Shown: in pieces, positions 1-13,999 of the stretch
How positions within the stretch are numbered: the stretch's first letter is position 1
How the letters are laid out: each line of letters starts with the position of its first letter
Source of the DNA: Atractiella rhizophila
Taxonomy: Eukaryota
DNA: 64,000 nucleotides
Assembly: GCA_021432655.1 (NCBI GenBank)
Contig: MU271181.1
Coordinates: 201,189-265,188 of the forward strand
Reading direction: 5' to 3'
Made by a program: the position numbers and the translations under genes
Notes under the pieces: model-generated
Database searches by the model: none
The model's input: the letters and a program-made list of their open reading frames with translations, nothing else
What the model was told of the DNA's origin: nothing

Positions 1-1959
1 CGCGCGCACCGAAGGCTTGGATTACAGAGAGAAGACACTAAAATATTCTGTCAGCAACGAAGGGGACATAGTAGTGGTTTTACCTCGTCGACGTGCCCCA
101 GATCTCCTAATATTCCTCCAGTGTTATCGATAAACTGATCTGCCTCAAGGATTGGAATCTGAGGATGAGTATACTGAATAATGGCCATCAAATCGTGGAT
201 GGAAGCACCGCTTCATCAGCCAACTTACCAAGAAGTAGCTCTGTATCAGCTCCTTTCCCATCTCCTCATCAATCTCGCAGCCCCAACCTCCACATACGGT
301 CAGCATTTTCCTTTCCCTCGTAACCGCGCTCGATGCACTCCCATAAGGAGTCACCTGTCTGGCTGTTTCCTCCTGGTCGTGCTTTGAAAGTGTGCTGGAG
401 TCGAACAACTTCCTGACAAGACATATCGCATTGCATTGAAGAATGGAAGCATGAAAGGTGGAGATCACGAACTTGGCTTCCGCTATCAGTTTCCCTGCGT
501 GCTTCCCGCCTTGCGTGCACGCGATACCTTTGCTGAATCACGATCAGCCCTGCGCGAAGAGAGGAACCAAAACCAAGTTGAGACAAACCGCTCGCACTGG
601 CTGCACGAACCCTGTCCCCTATCCCTAGACACAAATCCAGGTTTCTTGACATTTGCCACAAGAGATCAAACGAAAAGGGTAGGGTACAACCTCTCACCTA
701 TTTGAGTGATATTGGCAAACCATCAGCTCCAATCTTTTGGTGATGGAAAGAATATGACGCACATCTTACTTTTCGTAATCTATTTCCAACAAAGACAGTT
801 ATGGTCAGCTTGGTAGGACTTTGCGAGATGGAGAGGCAAGCAAAGTCAAACCGGCAAGCACCGCAAACCTGGCTACCTGTCAGCAAAACACGAATCTCCG
901 TTCATTTGTCGCCTCTATCGAACAAAACGTGCCTCACCCTGTGCACCGTCATGGCAACAGCGGTCACAGCGATGTAAACAACTTACTCTCATTCTCACCC
1001 TCTTTGCCCGCGCCGGCGTGGCTTGACGCCGTCTTAAAGTTAGCGATGGCAGAATCTGTGATGGAGATGATGATATTAGGGAAGGATTTTGTGGCATGGT
1101 TGGATGGATGAGATGGGAAGACGCGATGGATAAAAGAAGCAATGGACAAGGAAGCAGAAGCAATGCAAAGCGGGGAAAAGAAGCTAAGAGCCCGCAGAGG
1201 TCCGATGTCGGAACGGAACTAAACCGAAGCTGCAAAGGTTCGAAATGGTTCGAAAACAATAATATTCTCTGCCAATCGAAGTTGTTCCGAATTTTCTTGT
1301 GGGCGTCGCAATTCTGAATGAAGATCGTAGGTTAGGTATAGGTATGGCTAGACCGCATTCCGGTTAGCTGGACAACTAGTCCAAGCACGTGATCCGGTTG
1401 TGGGATCGCTCAGATGAAATTCGAATGCATTTTGGTCTTTCGCTACAGGTGTCCAAATTCTTCCACATTGTGTTTGGTTTCTAGGCTCACATGTGTTGCG
1501 GTTTGGCTTGCAAGCATTCTGTGAGCCAACAAGAGCTTGTAAGCCCTTGAAAGGACCCAAACAAGGTGGTAAGCAAGACAAAAGGCTCAGCTGCCACCTC
1601 TAGAGAATTTAGGTAGGAGACAGTTTGAACTTTGCAATGAAGGGAGGGGTTGGGTACACGGCAGGTTGAGCGCACAGTCCCAGGAACTTCGGTCAGGACT
1701 GCAGGGCGAAGAATCCCCTTGTCGATCTCATCGCAATCTTGAGGGACTCGAAATCGAGTTGGATGTAGTAACTCGAAACGCACGTTCAGCCCAGGTAGCA
1801 CGTTCCCAATTCACTGAGAAGTCCAATATCAGTCCCTGGGTTGCATCCTCAGGAGTCCTGAAGGCCGGGCATATTGGCTTTGCGGCTCTCCGGCTCATTG
1901 CAGTCCTCTTCCTCTTCCTCTCCCCTCCCTCCCCTCCCAGATCTCTTACAATGCTACCG

Positions 1960-4034
1960 TCCTGAGTCTCAACAATACATTGAAGGAAGATATTAAATTG
2001 CAATGAAAATGGAATAATAACGTAAAAGCAAACAGACTGAAGGGACTGTGGTACCTGAACACTGGATTAAAACCTTGCTAAGTCCCCTAACACACCCCAA
2101 CCACTCACAATGGCCTAGTCTCCTTCCATCCTCTCAGCCTACGATCATTTTCACGTCACTCTCACTCTTATTTCAGTAACCTTGCCCTCCCGAGAGTATC
2201 GCATTCCCCGAAGCAAGGATTTGAGGGAGAACGGCTATGAAATACGCATTGTAAGCACGGTGAGAGTCTGTGATATCACTTTCTGGAGCCTTGTGGTATC
2301 GCATGAGGTCTTCTGCATAAACCTGGCTTGCTTTCCTATACCCCAATACTGACATCAGCTGTAGGTCCCTGCCAGAAATTGTAGCGTAGGTGAATCGATC
2401 TGCATGCTTCATCTTCGACATTGCAGCGAGCTCCTTGTCCAGAGCATCCCACAACGACAAGTTTTCCTCCTCATCGTCGTCGTTAAGCTCGCCAAGGAGA
2501 TCGATGCGCTTGCGCTTCTTCGAAGCCGTCACCTTGACAGTGACCTTCTTTCCTTGGCTTCCGAGCTCAAGGTCCAACTTAACAAACTGACGCTGGATAC
2601 GGGAGTGTTAACGAAGGACCTGAGATAAGCAGAACGAACTTACCAGCATCGATACGAGCATCATTTCCGCCTGCGAAACACCTCTGGCACAAGTTCCTAG
2701 TCGGAACCGATGTAGATGAGTCGTAAGGTCCTCAATGTGCTGTAATTCTTCAATAGATTCCTTGATCTGTGACAGAAACATCTCTTTATCAACAAAGCAG
2801 AAACCAAAAAGGGCATGCTCACTTCGGTCTTAATTGTATTGCGCGCTTTCATACAACGCCGTTGCACATCTTTCGAGACTGCTTTCATGACAGTGGCATT
2901 GTCCTTGAGAACTGTCGGGATGTGAGTAAAACCGGGAGACTTGATAACACCCTAAACAAGATGTAAATGTGGTTAGATGTAAGTAAATTTAAACCTATCA
3001 CTTCCCATCAGCTTTGTATGAGTGGCTTTGAATGACACTGTGCTGGGATCTAAGAGGTATGCACGGGCCATGGCATAGAATTGTGTCTAGATGGCCTGGT
3101 GAGTGACGTACATGGTTGGCAAAGAGAGTGCGAACTGAGAGGTTGTCTGAAACTTTGTACCCGTTGGTTTGCATGTCAACAACATCCTGAATGATGTTTT
3201 GCAGCTCAATCAAAGTCACCCGGTTTGCCATTTCTCGCTGGACCACGTCAGCCTGACCACATATGTCGTCAACACGTGTTGGCAACAGTAAGATCCACAT
3301 CTCTTGTTGCAACGCTGCATGCAGCTCCAGGCCAACATTGTAAACAACCGGCCAGTGCTCTCTGCCCATAAAGAGCACGTAGCAAATCCCAGTCTAATGC
3401 AAATGTAACCCTCACCTCCGAGAACCTTTCGAGGGCAGCATAGTCTGCTGCGTGCACAGCTGGCTTGTTTAGAACAAAGTGGCTAAGGTGTGAAGGCAAA
3501 GTACTCAAAGGTGAAAAGGAGAGGGGGGGAGGAGTAAATGAGGGTGGAAAGGGTGGAAGAGGTGGAAGAGATTGAGGATTAGAGGGATAAGGTGAAGCTG
3601 GTGTTGAGCTGGGATGAGTTGAGGAACTTGGATGGTTGGTTGGTGAGTTCATCTGAGCGGACGTTGCAAAGTCGACTGGAAGGCTGTATGGCGAGGCAAT
3701 AGGCATCAACTGTGGAAGAGTCAAGAAAGTGATTCAGCTCACTCTTCATCAGGACAGCCTCTATCACTGCTGTATTCTGGAAGAGACGAAGCTGCAGGAG
3801 AAGGACTTGCAGAGGTGGATGCGATAGACTGCTGACAGCCTGGCGCACAAATGTTCCTCGCAATTCTTGTACACGTGGATTGTGTTGGAAAGTGGATGAG
3901 CTGGGACTTGGAGTGGCTGGTGATTGCGCTTGAGATGTTGATGGTATGGAGGAAATGGAATTTATTAAAGTGCCTGTCAACCAGGGATTTGCAGATGGAG
4001 CAGTGTTGGATGGAAATGTAAAAGGGTTGGTCAT
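1960..4034 (-). pseudogene. Spliced, frameshifted unknown gene divergent from the transposase (possible TE accessory ORF)
   Basis: Co-oriented chain of ORFs 3579..4034, 3269..3724, 2998..3378, 2697..2888 and 2173..2577 with a Pro/Ser-rich N-terminus and intron-like gaps; start ~250 bp from the transposase ATG. 3' end approximate. Confidence 0.45.
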
Positions 4035-4279
4035 TGATGCTGTGCTGGATCTGTACCTGATGCTGAATGGGAGATGTTTGAAGTAAAATTGTGTGAGAGT
4101 TGTGTGTGATTGATGGGATGAAAGAGTGGTTGTTGTCGTTGTTAGTCTGAACTCTGATGGAAAAATGCTGGGCCCAAAAGTGATCAGTCTTTTTATTTGA
4201 TGGCCAGGGCAGTGATTGACTGATCACAGAGTGGAACTTGTAAAGGGAAGATAAAGAAGGAGTTTGAGCACATAACACG

Positions 4280-7200
4280 ATGGCTTCCGGTAAGTGTTGC
4301 AGTTTCAGTGGCAGGCCATCTTGAGGGGATTGCGGCATGGTGTTCAAAGCACTGATTTTGGTTTATAGTGAGCCAATTTAAGACCTTTGAAGAAATCAGA
4401 AGCCATTTTCAATTGAAAGGAAATCGATTTCATTGTGCAATTTGCCCTATAGCCTTTGCGAATAAAGAACGACATCTTTGTTTACGACATGCCAACTCAA
4501 AACAACATCGAGAAAATGTCCAGCTTCTCTCAGCTTCAAACTCTTCCCACCTTACTCCAGACCCTTCCACGGTGCCATCAGACTTTTCTTTTGAGCCTGT
4601 TTATCGCCCAAATCGTTTGTTTTCAGAAGCAGAAAACCAGACTAGTGATGGCAGCCCGTTTCCGACATCTCTTAGTGGCTCTCATGCTCAACCTGCCCCA
4701 CAGAAAATTTGGATCAATCCTCTATTGCCATCAACACAACAATTGATGCAAGAGATGCTATTTTCTGTTCCTCCTCAAGATACCGATCCCAAATTTGGAT
4801 TTGATCAAGATCAAGATCAGGAGATGTATGCTCAGCAGGCATGGCAAGAACTTTGGACAGAGCAGACCGAGGACGAACGTGATACAGCTTTTATGGAGAA
4901 GATCCTTGGGCTTCAGGACCACTTAACTAACAAGTTCAGTAATCCTGATATGAATTTGGAATCCTTTCTGGTAGAGGTATCTGCCAATGATTGGTTTCCT
5001 TATGGGACACTTGAAGAAGCTTTGGCCGATCTCCTATTGAATCTTCCTCGACACCACATCTCAGAGACTCTCCGTCAGCTTTTATGGTGGATCATCCCAG
5101 AGCTGTGTTCTGCAAAGGCCTTCCTCCTCCACAATTACCTTCAAAGGATCGGTTGAACAAACTTCACCAACAGTTTCAGAATGACAATATTGGTCCTCAA
5201 AAATTTCAGCATACAAGCCACAAAGGCAATATTTATCATTTAAACGACATTGGGAAAATTATCTCTCAGGAAGTTGCCAATCCACTCGTGCGAAAACATC
5301 TTCATTTCTACCCAGAAGACAGCAGTGAAACGGTTAAAGAGATGTGGCAGTCATCAAAATGGAGAGAGGAACTTGATGCCAAATTTCTTTCACCTTCTAT
5401 CCACGTCAGAGGATCTTTATTTTTTGTTAACGAGCCGGCTCAACTGGTGGATGGAAGCTATTTCCTGCCTTCTCGCTGGTTTCTACTAGGAAGCGCTAAA
5501 ACTCTTTATGCTCGTGGCTTGTACCTTGACCCCAATAGAAGTGGAGGTTGGATAATTATGGAAGAAGAAAAGGAAGTACCAGTTTCAACATTTGAAGCCA
5601 ATATCACCAGCATCTTATCCAGACCTGGAACTTTTCATGCAAGTGCTCCGATCCTTCACAGGATGCAAGATGGCCAGCTCCACTCTATTAATATCCCTCC
5701 CGTCAACCCTCTTCGTGATTTGGCTTGTGGAAGAAAGGTGCTCAATGTCCCATTAGTTCTCTATTGCGATGACAGCTCTGGAAATGTATCAAAGAGGTGG
5801 AATAAGCACATTTCAGCTCTTATGACCCTTGCTGGTCTTCCTCATCGGGTTCAGCAACAGGAGTTCAACATCCATTTTATCGGAACATCAAATCTTGTTT
5901 CCGCGACCGAACTTTTGGAAGGTGTTGTTGAACAACTCAACAATTATTGGTCTAATGGGATCATTTCATATGACGATATCTCCGGGGAAGAGCTATTACT
6001 TCGCCCAATGGTCATAGTTTTTGAAGGGGATAACCCAATGCAGGCCGAAGCTTGCTCTTGCTCTCCCTCACTAGGGGTCAGTCTCAAGTTCTGTAATGTC
6101 TGTAAGGTTGGAGAAGAGAAGAAGGGAGATCAGTTAACAGAAACTGGAATTACAAACTTCATGAAAATTGGTCAGGCAACATCTATGAATGAGACAAAGG
6201 CTAAAGCACAGGAAATTCACCTTCTGGCAGCCAATCCCCGTTCCAAGACTCGAGTTATAAATGAACAGCGCAAGTCAGGCGTCAGAGATCCTATTGTCTC
6301 CCATTTTGCAGAGGAACTTCTTCAGCTAGCGGAATCTATGGAAGATGCTAAAGCCTCAGCTGACAATATTCAAACACGATTAAAGGCTCTTCAGGAGAAT
6401 CAACTTTCTAGAAAGTGGCATTATAATCCCCTGTTTGATCTTCAGGCATTTGACTATCATCGGGATATCCCATGTGAGATCCTTCATGGTATTCTACTTG
6501 GATTTGTGAAATATTTCTGGCGAGACAGCATCAGTGGCTTATCAGAAGGATAGAAGATTCTTGTTAGCAAGAGGCTTTCTGCAGCAGATCCAAATGGGCT
6601 TGGATGCGCAGCTCCTCGAGGAGAAACTCTTGTCCAATACACAGAGTTTGGTCGGTACAGACTTCAGGATAATTGCCCAACTTGCGATATTTGCTCTTTA
6701 TGACCTCCTTTCAAAGCCTCAGCTGGATGCTTGGATTGCTCTTGGTCACTTGTCTCGATTATTATGGTGTCCATCAATTTTGAATATAAATCAGTTCTGC
6801 ATGGAGCTTGAGACAGCAATCCATCATTTTCTGGATATGACAGCTCTCTTATCACCTCAGTGGTTCAACAAGCGCAAATTTCATCTACTGCTTCACCTTC
6901 CTCTTCATGTGCGCCGGTTTGGACCAGCTTCAAGCTTTGCAACTGAAAAATTTGAAAGCTATAATGGAATCATTCGTGGCATGTCCATTCATTCAAACCG
7001 ACAAGCCCCCAGCCTTGATATTGCCCGATCTTTTGCTGCTTATAGTCGAGTCCGACATATCTTCAGTGGAGGGTTTTAAAAGGATAAAATAACTGGAAAG
7101 TGGGTTCAAGCTGGGAATGGCGTACGTGGACTATTTCGAAACCTCAAAGTTCGTCTTCTATTGGGTTTGGCAATTGATATGGACACTCTGGACCCAGAGA

Positions 7201-8250
7201 TCGCACTGGAGAGATCAAGGTAGCTTCACAATCAAAGCAGACTGTCAAAGCAAAGGACACACAGCTTGCTCAGATCCCTTCCAGTACACACCTTAATACC
7301 AGCTTGAACGGCAACGGGGCATCTTTTACTCAATTCTCTCATCAGCTTGTCTCTTCAGTCATTGTCAATAGGGACGAGCCAATTCAAGTTGGATCATGGG
7401 TTACAACTACGGCATTAGATGATAATGGACGTCCAATTATTGCAAGGGTCATGGAGATACTGAGACTCGAACAAAGAGATGGAGTTGCCGCCGGACCTAG
7501 GACAATGCTTTCTATCCTGGCACATCCTCATATGGTCAAATTTATGCACTCCCACTTCCACATGCCAGTTCTTGCTCCAATGTCGGCTGAACTCTGTGGA
7601 TATGATCAAGGTGTCGATTAATGTGCAACATGCATGTGATTTGATGCTGTGTGGAGCTACTGGAGAAGCTGCGGTTCGTCAAGAGCACCAACTGTCTACC
7701 AAAAGAAAGTCCATCATTGAACATCAGCATAATACCACAAAAGACCTCTGGATTCTCAACACAAATGCCTTTTGCAACAGTGACACGACTGATCCTTTTT
7801 GCAACCCTCTTCTCCTCGATAACCGTTCAGAAGTTATCACCAAATCTCTGGAACGATACAAGCAGCTTAAAGAAGCAGAGATGACACTTTCAAAGGCACG
7901 GAAATCCTTGCAAGCAGGAGGAAGACAAATTCTTGTTGACGGCATTGATATCTCTGGCCTCAACTATACAGATCCAACATTTGACTGCAGCAGTCCTACC
8001 ATCCCTCAGTTACGAGCAATACTGGCACTTTATGGAGTGACCGCACCAAAGGGCAAGCTGAAAGTAAATTTCCTTTATTACATTCTAATTACCATATACT
8101 AACACAGAGAAATTTCAGTCATTTTATACGGCTCAGCTTACCGAAAAGCTAGCTCAGGAAAGAGAGCATGCATTGGAAGAGCAAGACAGAGCAGAACCAG
8201 AATATGGCATGCAAGAAGGTGGAGCAGAGGAGGATATAGTGGTAGGATGA
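4280..8250 (+). pseudogene. Fungal EnSpm/CMC-like DDE transposase, disrupted
   Basis: ATGGCTTCCG|GTAAGT intron 4290-4368 splices in frame into ORF 4368. N-terminal zinc finger (CAIC..HANSKQH), core motifs LYCDDSSGNVSKRWNKH, GDNPMQ, FCNVC, EILHGILLGFVKY, KFHLLLHL..RRFGP..TEKFESYN, and a C-terminal HeH-like TIPQLRAIL. Frameshifts or stops near 5120, 6545 and 7079. Superfamily from motif recall. Confidence 0.75.
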
Positions 8251-8699
8251 TATAACTTAATTGAGCAATGTGATAGTCTCCATTAATGACCATTGGAGGT
8301 GCATGTGCGAACGAATTAGAAGAGCTCGCTCCCTTGCAGCTGTGGGAGGAGAGCAAGCGCGGCGGACACAAGCGTGCCAATCGCTTGCTTGCCGCTGGCC
8401 ACTGGCTTCCCTAGCTCGACGGACCACCGCGAGCATGTTTTTTTGTGCACCTGGAGACCTTCTAACCAACTCCGGGCAAACTGTATTTGTTTCGAGTCCT
8501 CCGGGACTCACTTTTGGAGTCCGATTCCGAAGGTCCGTTTCGAGTGTCGGCGGATTTGTTTTGTGGGGCCCAGCTGAACTCACATCTCATGACCAACGCA
8601 GGTGGATTTTCTGGCCTGCAAACACACTTTGCCGTGTAATGAAAAGGATTTGAATGAACAGAGAGTTCAAAGAAGAGCCCTGAAGACTTGGGAGAGCAG

Positions 8700-11600
8700 T
8701 TGGTCAATGAGTTTGATGATCAACGCAAGACTCAGTTACTTACTCATGTGTGTTGGACTAGGATCAGAACGTTGTTTTCTGGGCTTTTAGGGTACTTTAT
8801 TTCTTGGAGAAAGGTTTGACAGCTCTTATTTCACACTCAGAATCACCACGAGTTCACAGTGATATCTATTTGCAACAAGGCTTAGCGAGTTTATTAAAGA
8901 GTGAGATACCTTGAGGTATATTGGTCATTCTATTTGTTGAAAAGCCTAAAGGAGAAAGCTTACTGCCTCTGACATGCATAGATGATGGCCACAAGTAGAG
9001 TAGATATTGTTGGAAATTGATGGGCTGAGGAGCAGAGCTAAGTACGACTTGGTTACGTTTGGCTGAGGTCTTACAAACACATGAGCACCAGGAAATGGAA
9101 TTCTATGTGTTTATATAGCTTACAGCAGTGGCAACTAGAAAATAGTAGAACATTCCAGAAAACTAAAGAACTTTGCCACTGACGAAACTAGACTGCAAAA
9201 TCCAACAGATATGGCGAGAAAACCAAATATGTCAGTTTCTTCTCATCATCAGTCATCAGATGCATCAGACATAATGCAACCGTGTATTTAAGGTGTAGTA
9301 CAAAGCTACAATTACAGGTCGTACAGAACAAGTTTGGACAAATCGAATTAAAGAAAGCACATTAAAGCTGAATACTCCTGCTCCTCTGGTGGTTCCTATT
9401 CACTCCTGCCTTCTCTGAATCAAGCAACCATTTGCCAGTTCTCCCCAACACTGCAAGGAAGTAAGAAAGTACAAACCTGGCATGCACAAAACCCCATCAA
9501 GACACCATAGACTACTGGTGTGTGAGAGTGAGAGCGTGGCACTCACCACACCGCCCATCATTGTCTTTGAGCTTGCCCCACTTCGCCTCGCTTCCATATA
9601 TATAGTCCACTTCCTCCTCTTCTGCTCTACTGGCCATTCACCATCTAGAGCAGGTAGGTCCTGCATTGCATCCAGAGTGGTCATTCACCATCTGGAGCAC
9701 AGCTGAATGAGCTTCTCACACGGTGCTCCATAACATTTCTTCTTTCCATCTCTTGGTGATTCCTGCAACCCTTAGGATAGACTCCTCTCCACTCTCACGT
9801 GGTTTTCGCACGGTCTCGTGCTGATCTCTCTTCTATTCCCCTTTCGCCCTCTCGTTGTTGCCCAGTTCTCTTTTTAGTTCCCCATTTCTAAATAGATCAG
9901 TCTCTTAGTAGTTGTTTCTTGTTCATATTTCCTATAAACGACATCCACATGTATTGCAGAGAGTAGTTCTAGCCATTCAAAGCAATTCAGGAGTCTTTGC
10001 TGAAAAGGAAGGCGGAGAAAACCCCTACCTGTTCCGACCTGTATGAACAAAGGAAAGGTCAATCTCGATCAGATGAGGCAGAAACTAGCAGCAGGCATTG
10101 AAGGGTGGAGAGAGTTCGCTGACAATTTAGCAAAGCTGAGGGATACTGATGGATATTAAGTTAGCACGAAACAAGAAACTGGGGGAAAGGTGATGCAGCT
10201 GTACTCAACAGTGGGAGGAGGAACGGGAGCGAGATGGGGGCTTGTCAAAGTGTTGATAGGATGTTAGAGGGCATTAGTCTGGCCTCTGGATCTCGCTTTA
10301 GGCATGTTGTATTTTTTCAAACGGGTCAGCTGGCAGGTTTCTTGTTTCTACTGTTATTTGGGTCTTTGCGCCATCATGTCAACCTATGACAGTTGGCAAA
10401 GAAGATCAGAAACAACATTGTAACTTGAAGTTTACAATGTAGCTTGTAAAAAGAACATACAATTTCCCAGAGAAGTGAATGTCAATGACAATGATATAAA
10501 TAATGTACTATCACGGCATTAGGGATGGCTATCGAATCGTATCGTATTGGAGAGGCCCTGGTCGATTTGTGGCAGCTTATAAGCCGTAGTCATATCGTAT
10601 CGGTAGTCGTAGCTCAAAATCAGCTTCGTTCGATATAGCCTCCGACACGATTTCGGCGTCGTAGGTCGATCGGCAGTACGGGTTGCTGGAAGGTGCCTGA
10701 CGACGATTCTCTTTTAATAGAGAGTAATTGCCTGTATTGCATTATGAAATGAAATACAAGATGGTTATGGTAAAGACAAAATTCAGCTCTGCGCTTCGGC
10801 CAGAACCTGCATCTCGTGCATCTTTTCAGCTTCTCCCAGCTTCCTCAACAGCTCTATCCTCTCTTGTCCGATCTAACCTAAGCTTAGCCTTCATAATGAT
10901 CAGCAGACGAATAGTGGAGGGCTTTAAACGATGTCTTCAGATGCCGACTGTGTCCTTTGCACCTGAAAATACTCGTTCCACACCAACAGCGCACCCTTTG
11001 AAGTTATCAAATCTAAACATAGTAGAGGAGAGGCAGAGGACAAACCAGGGATGGAGAGTATGATGGAGAGTATGTCTCTTGCCATCCGAGACCATGCAGG
11101 CAGCGAGGCAGTCGATTGAACCTTGTACAATTCGAAGATATGACCAAAGCAGGGAGTTGTGGCTGCTTCATGTAATGATCGACTTCTTGCCTGGCTTCGA
11201 ACTCCGCTTATCTTTTGGTGTCTGTGTGCAATTTCAATCAACAAGCGTCCATTGTAAGGAGAGAAGACCCACTCAGACTCCTCATCCTTTCGCTTCTTGG
11301 ACTGGCTAAGTGCAGTCCTATCCTCGTTGTTCCTCTTCGCAATATCCACTGAAGTCCTTGACCTTTTTCCCAGCCCGAGAATGTCCAGTGTTGCCATGGT
11401 GGCGCGACGTCAACAGGGAGAAGATAGTGAGGATTTATATGCTGGCAGCAGACAGCAGCCATGGGGCTGAGGGCTGTAAGCATATGCAGCTGAGAGGGAT
11501 GTGAACAGCTTACTATCAGTGCCGTTCCCCAAAAAACATGCACATGGAATCGTGTATCGTATCGTAGTCATAAAATCCACACGCTGGCGATTCGATACGC

Positions 11601-13435
11601 CTTGGGAGACGTACTCATATTGAATCGTAAGTCGTGGTCCTTTTTTGTCTTCGATCGATACATGACTGGCCATCGGATGCGGCGTAGCTGGTACAATTCG
11701 ACTCCGATAGCCATCCCTACACGGCATGACATGGAACACTGACAGGGACACTATTTCGCCACAAAGGAAGTGTAGGAAGCAAAGTGATTAAAAGAGGAGC
11801 AGCCATAGCTCAGAGATGAGGATGTTGAGACGATGATTAGGCCGGTTGATACACAGAGACACAGACGCGAGGTATTGACGGCAAAAGTTCGTTTTATCAG
11901 AGGTCGCGGCACCATTTTGCATATCAAGCCAAGGCCGCATGGGACACTTGCAGTGGGCAGTCTTTACTATCAATCAAATGTGACCTACATCACACCTTGA
12001 ACAACAACTTGGCAGCTAAGGGAAAAGCTTACAGGATAGCTACTGGCCATTTCCCCTGAAACTTGAACGATGGTTTGTGTGCACACCCATCTTTTACTGT
12101 ATTACCCCACATTACTCAGAGTAGTAATCGATTCATCGATGAGATCATACCAATCGATTGCACTTGACCCCTGACGAAATCTATTCGCACGGTCAAAATG
12201 GTGCAGATGCACCAACTGTTCCTTTCCGATTGCTTTGTCGATGAAGGTAAACCCTCCTTCCCACCACAAGTTATGTGGACATATGGTTCTTTTTCTTTGA
12301 GAACAAAGGTAACAGGACCTTCTAAACCCTCTTTGACTGGGTTGTGGTGTTGCTGCAGGAGTTCTTCCTTTGTCCATATCCTTTTTGCCGCTCTGTCAAG
12401 AAGACAACAACCTTGTGTTTAAGTGGAATAATCTCTAGCACTTTCTGAGACGAAGCTGTTTCGCTCATATTTCAATACAGTGTACATTACCAATATGAGG
12501 TTGAAGTAACTACCAGGTGCTCCAGAAAAAGAGGTTGCTGGTGGACCAAGGCGTTCAATGGTATCTTGGTGCCACTGTGTGAGTCCGTGAAAACCAGCGG
12601 AATGTAGCATACCATTGATCGCATGTCTGTTGGGAGAAGCCTGTTCACAACCGGCAAAGATGCCTTGGGATCCCATAAAACTATTTGCAGAAACATATCT
12701 TCCCACAACCGTCCCAGTGTTGTTTGAGGTAACATCTGGACCTGATTTAACGGCTTAGATTCCCTCGCTATCGAGAGGGTGGGGCTGAAAGACATACCCA
12801 TGCTCCCCGGAAAGTTGAGGGTTCCTTGGAGGATGGAGTTGGATCCCTGACGACCTGATATTTCATGTCATGTAGAATAGCAGAAGACTACTCGTGTCAA
12901 TGGTTCGCATGAAATAAACCTTCTGCAAGATATCTGTAACGGGCAACAAGAGAAAGTGAGAGATATATGAGCATACACACGATTCGGGGTGGAAGGTGGA
13001 CAAGTTGAGCTGAAGAATCCAGTGTTGACCTTCAGTTAGGTCAAATGGCACTGGAGGAGGAATGTAGGTTGGATTGATCACACGATGACTGTTAGCAGAT
13101 GCATTAGGACTTGAGGGGACCACAGGATGGTTTTGGATGCTGGGTCATGGATATTCCGCCAAAGGTTGTTGCAGGTCTTGATTCCATGATTTGCCCACTA
13201 GGACTGGGTTAGGGTTAACCAGATTGAGTGGGCAATGAGGGTTGTTATAAAGTTTAAATTGTGCGCTGGACAAGGTAGAAGTTGGGGTATGAAAGGGATG
13301 TGGTGGGACCAGCTCTTCAAAGTCTACCAATGCATGATCAAAGGATGGGCATGGCTGGTTGTTGAGGTGAGAATCTTCCATGTTGATTGGAATGAAGGCT
13401 CCCCAAAAGTTGAGCTGAAGTGCAATGAACACCAT
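8700..13435 (-). pseudogene. Decayed multi-exon gene of unknown family (copy A), interrupted by a hAT element
   Basis: Segments at ~9435-9513, 11908-11943, 12050-12087 and 12156-12200 match collinear segments at 14854-14932, 15527-15560, 15682-15718 and 15781-15830. Boundaries approximate. Confidence 0.4.
10520..11719 (-). mobile_element. Non-autonomous (internally deleted) hAT element, 1200 bp
   Basis: Perfect 15-bp TIRs TAGGGATGGCTATCG / CGATAGCCATCCCTA; 8-bp TSD CACGGCAT (10512-10519, 11720-11727); subterminal GTATCG repeats; remnant dimerisation domain (LPAWSRMARDILSI). Confidence 0.93.
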
Positions 13436-13496
13436 CCAAGGAAAAGTCCCTGAGCAATCCCCTTTTATAAAAATCCTTTTACAAGGAGAGCAGAAC

Positions 13497-13929
13497 TGTT
13501 AGGGCTGACAATATGTGCGGTCGCCGATAGGCGATGCGTCTGTAGTGGAGATAAACCTAAGAGCATGATATGACATGAAGACTAACCTGTAGTGGAGATA
13601 AACCTAAGAGAATACTCTAAGGTCACCTCCACTACTCTCTGATCTATATATTCAAGCGGAATAACACTGCCACAGAGCGTAGAGGAGAGCAGATGAAACA
13701 TGTAAGAGAACTAAAAGGGGAAGTGACAGTGGGATTACGCGGAGTTAATAAGAGGAGGATAGGCACAATTGGGCTAAGTGGTGATGTAGGTGCAAATGGG
13801 CAAACGGGCAAACGGGCGCCGATTTGCACACAGTGGCGAACGGGCGCCGATTCGCAGGGAACACAAATGGGCGATAGGAGACGCAATCCGGCGAACGGGC
13901 GCCGATTTGCGTAAGATGCAAACCTGACA
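13497..13929. mobile_element. Solo LTR, 433 bp
   Basis: Starts TGTTAGG and ends CCTGACA (TG..CA with a short TIR); 5-bp TSD AGAAC (13492-13496, 13930-13934); internal repeats CTGTAGTGGAGATAAACCTAAGAG x2 and AACGGGCGCCGATT x3. Confidence 0.88.
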
Positions 13930-13999
13930 AGAACAAGGTGTCAAGGCACTTGAGTGCGGAAATCGGAAGTTGAGATTCTGTATGAGAAAGGAGTTGGAT

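Noticed and set aside
1..1300. Short overlapping ORFs at the window start
   Set aside because: No recognisable domain or consistent gene model.
1191..8570. CCCRCA..TCGRAACGGA ends as TIRs of the EnSpm-like element
   Set aside because: Similarity is loose, no TSD is seen, and a similar inverted motif also occurs at ~1285-1302.
13206..13217. GGGTTAGGGTTA as a telomeric remnant
   Set aside because: Only two units, inside a decayed ORF and far from the PLE.
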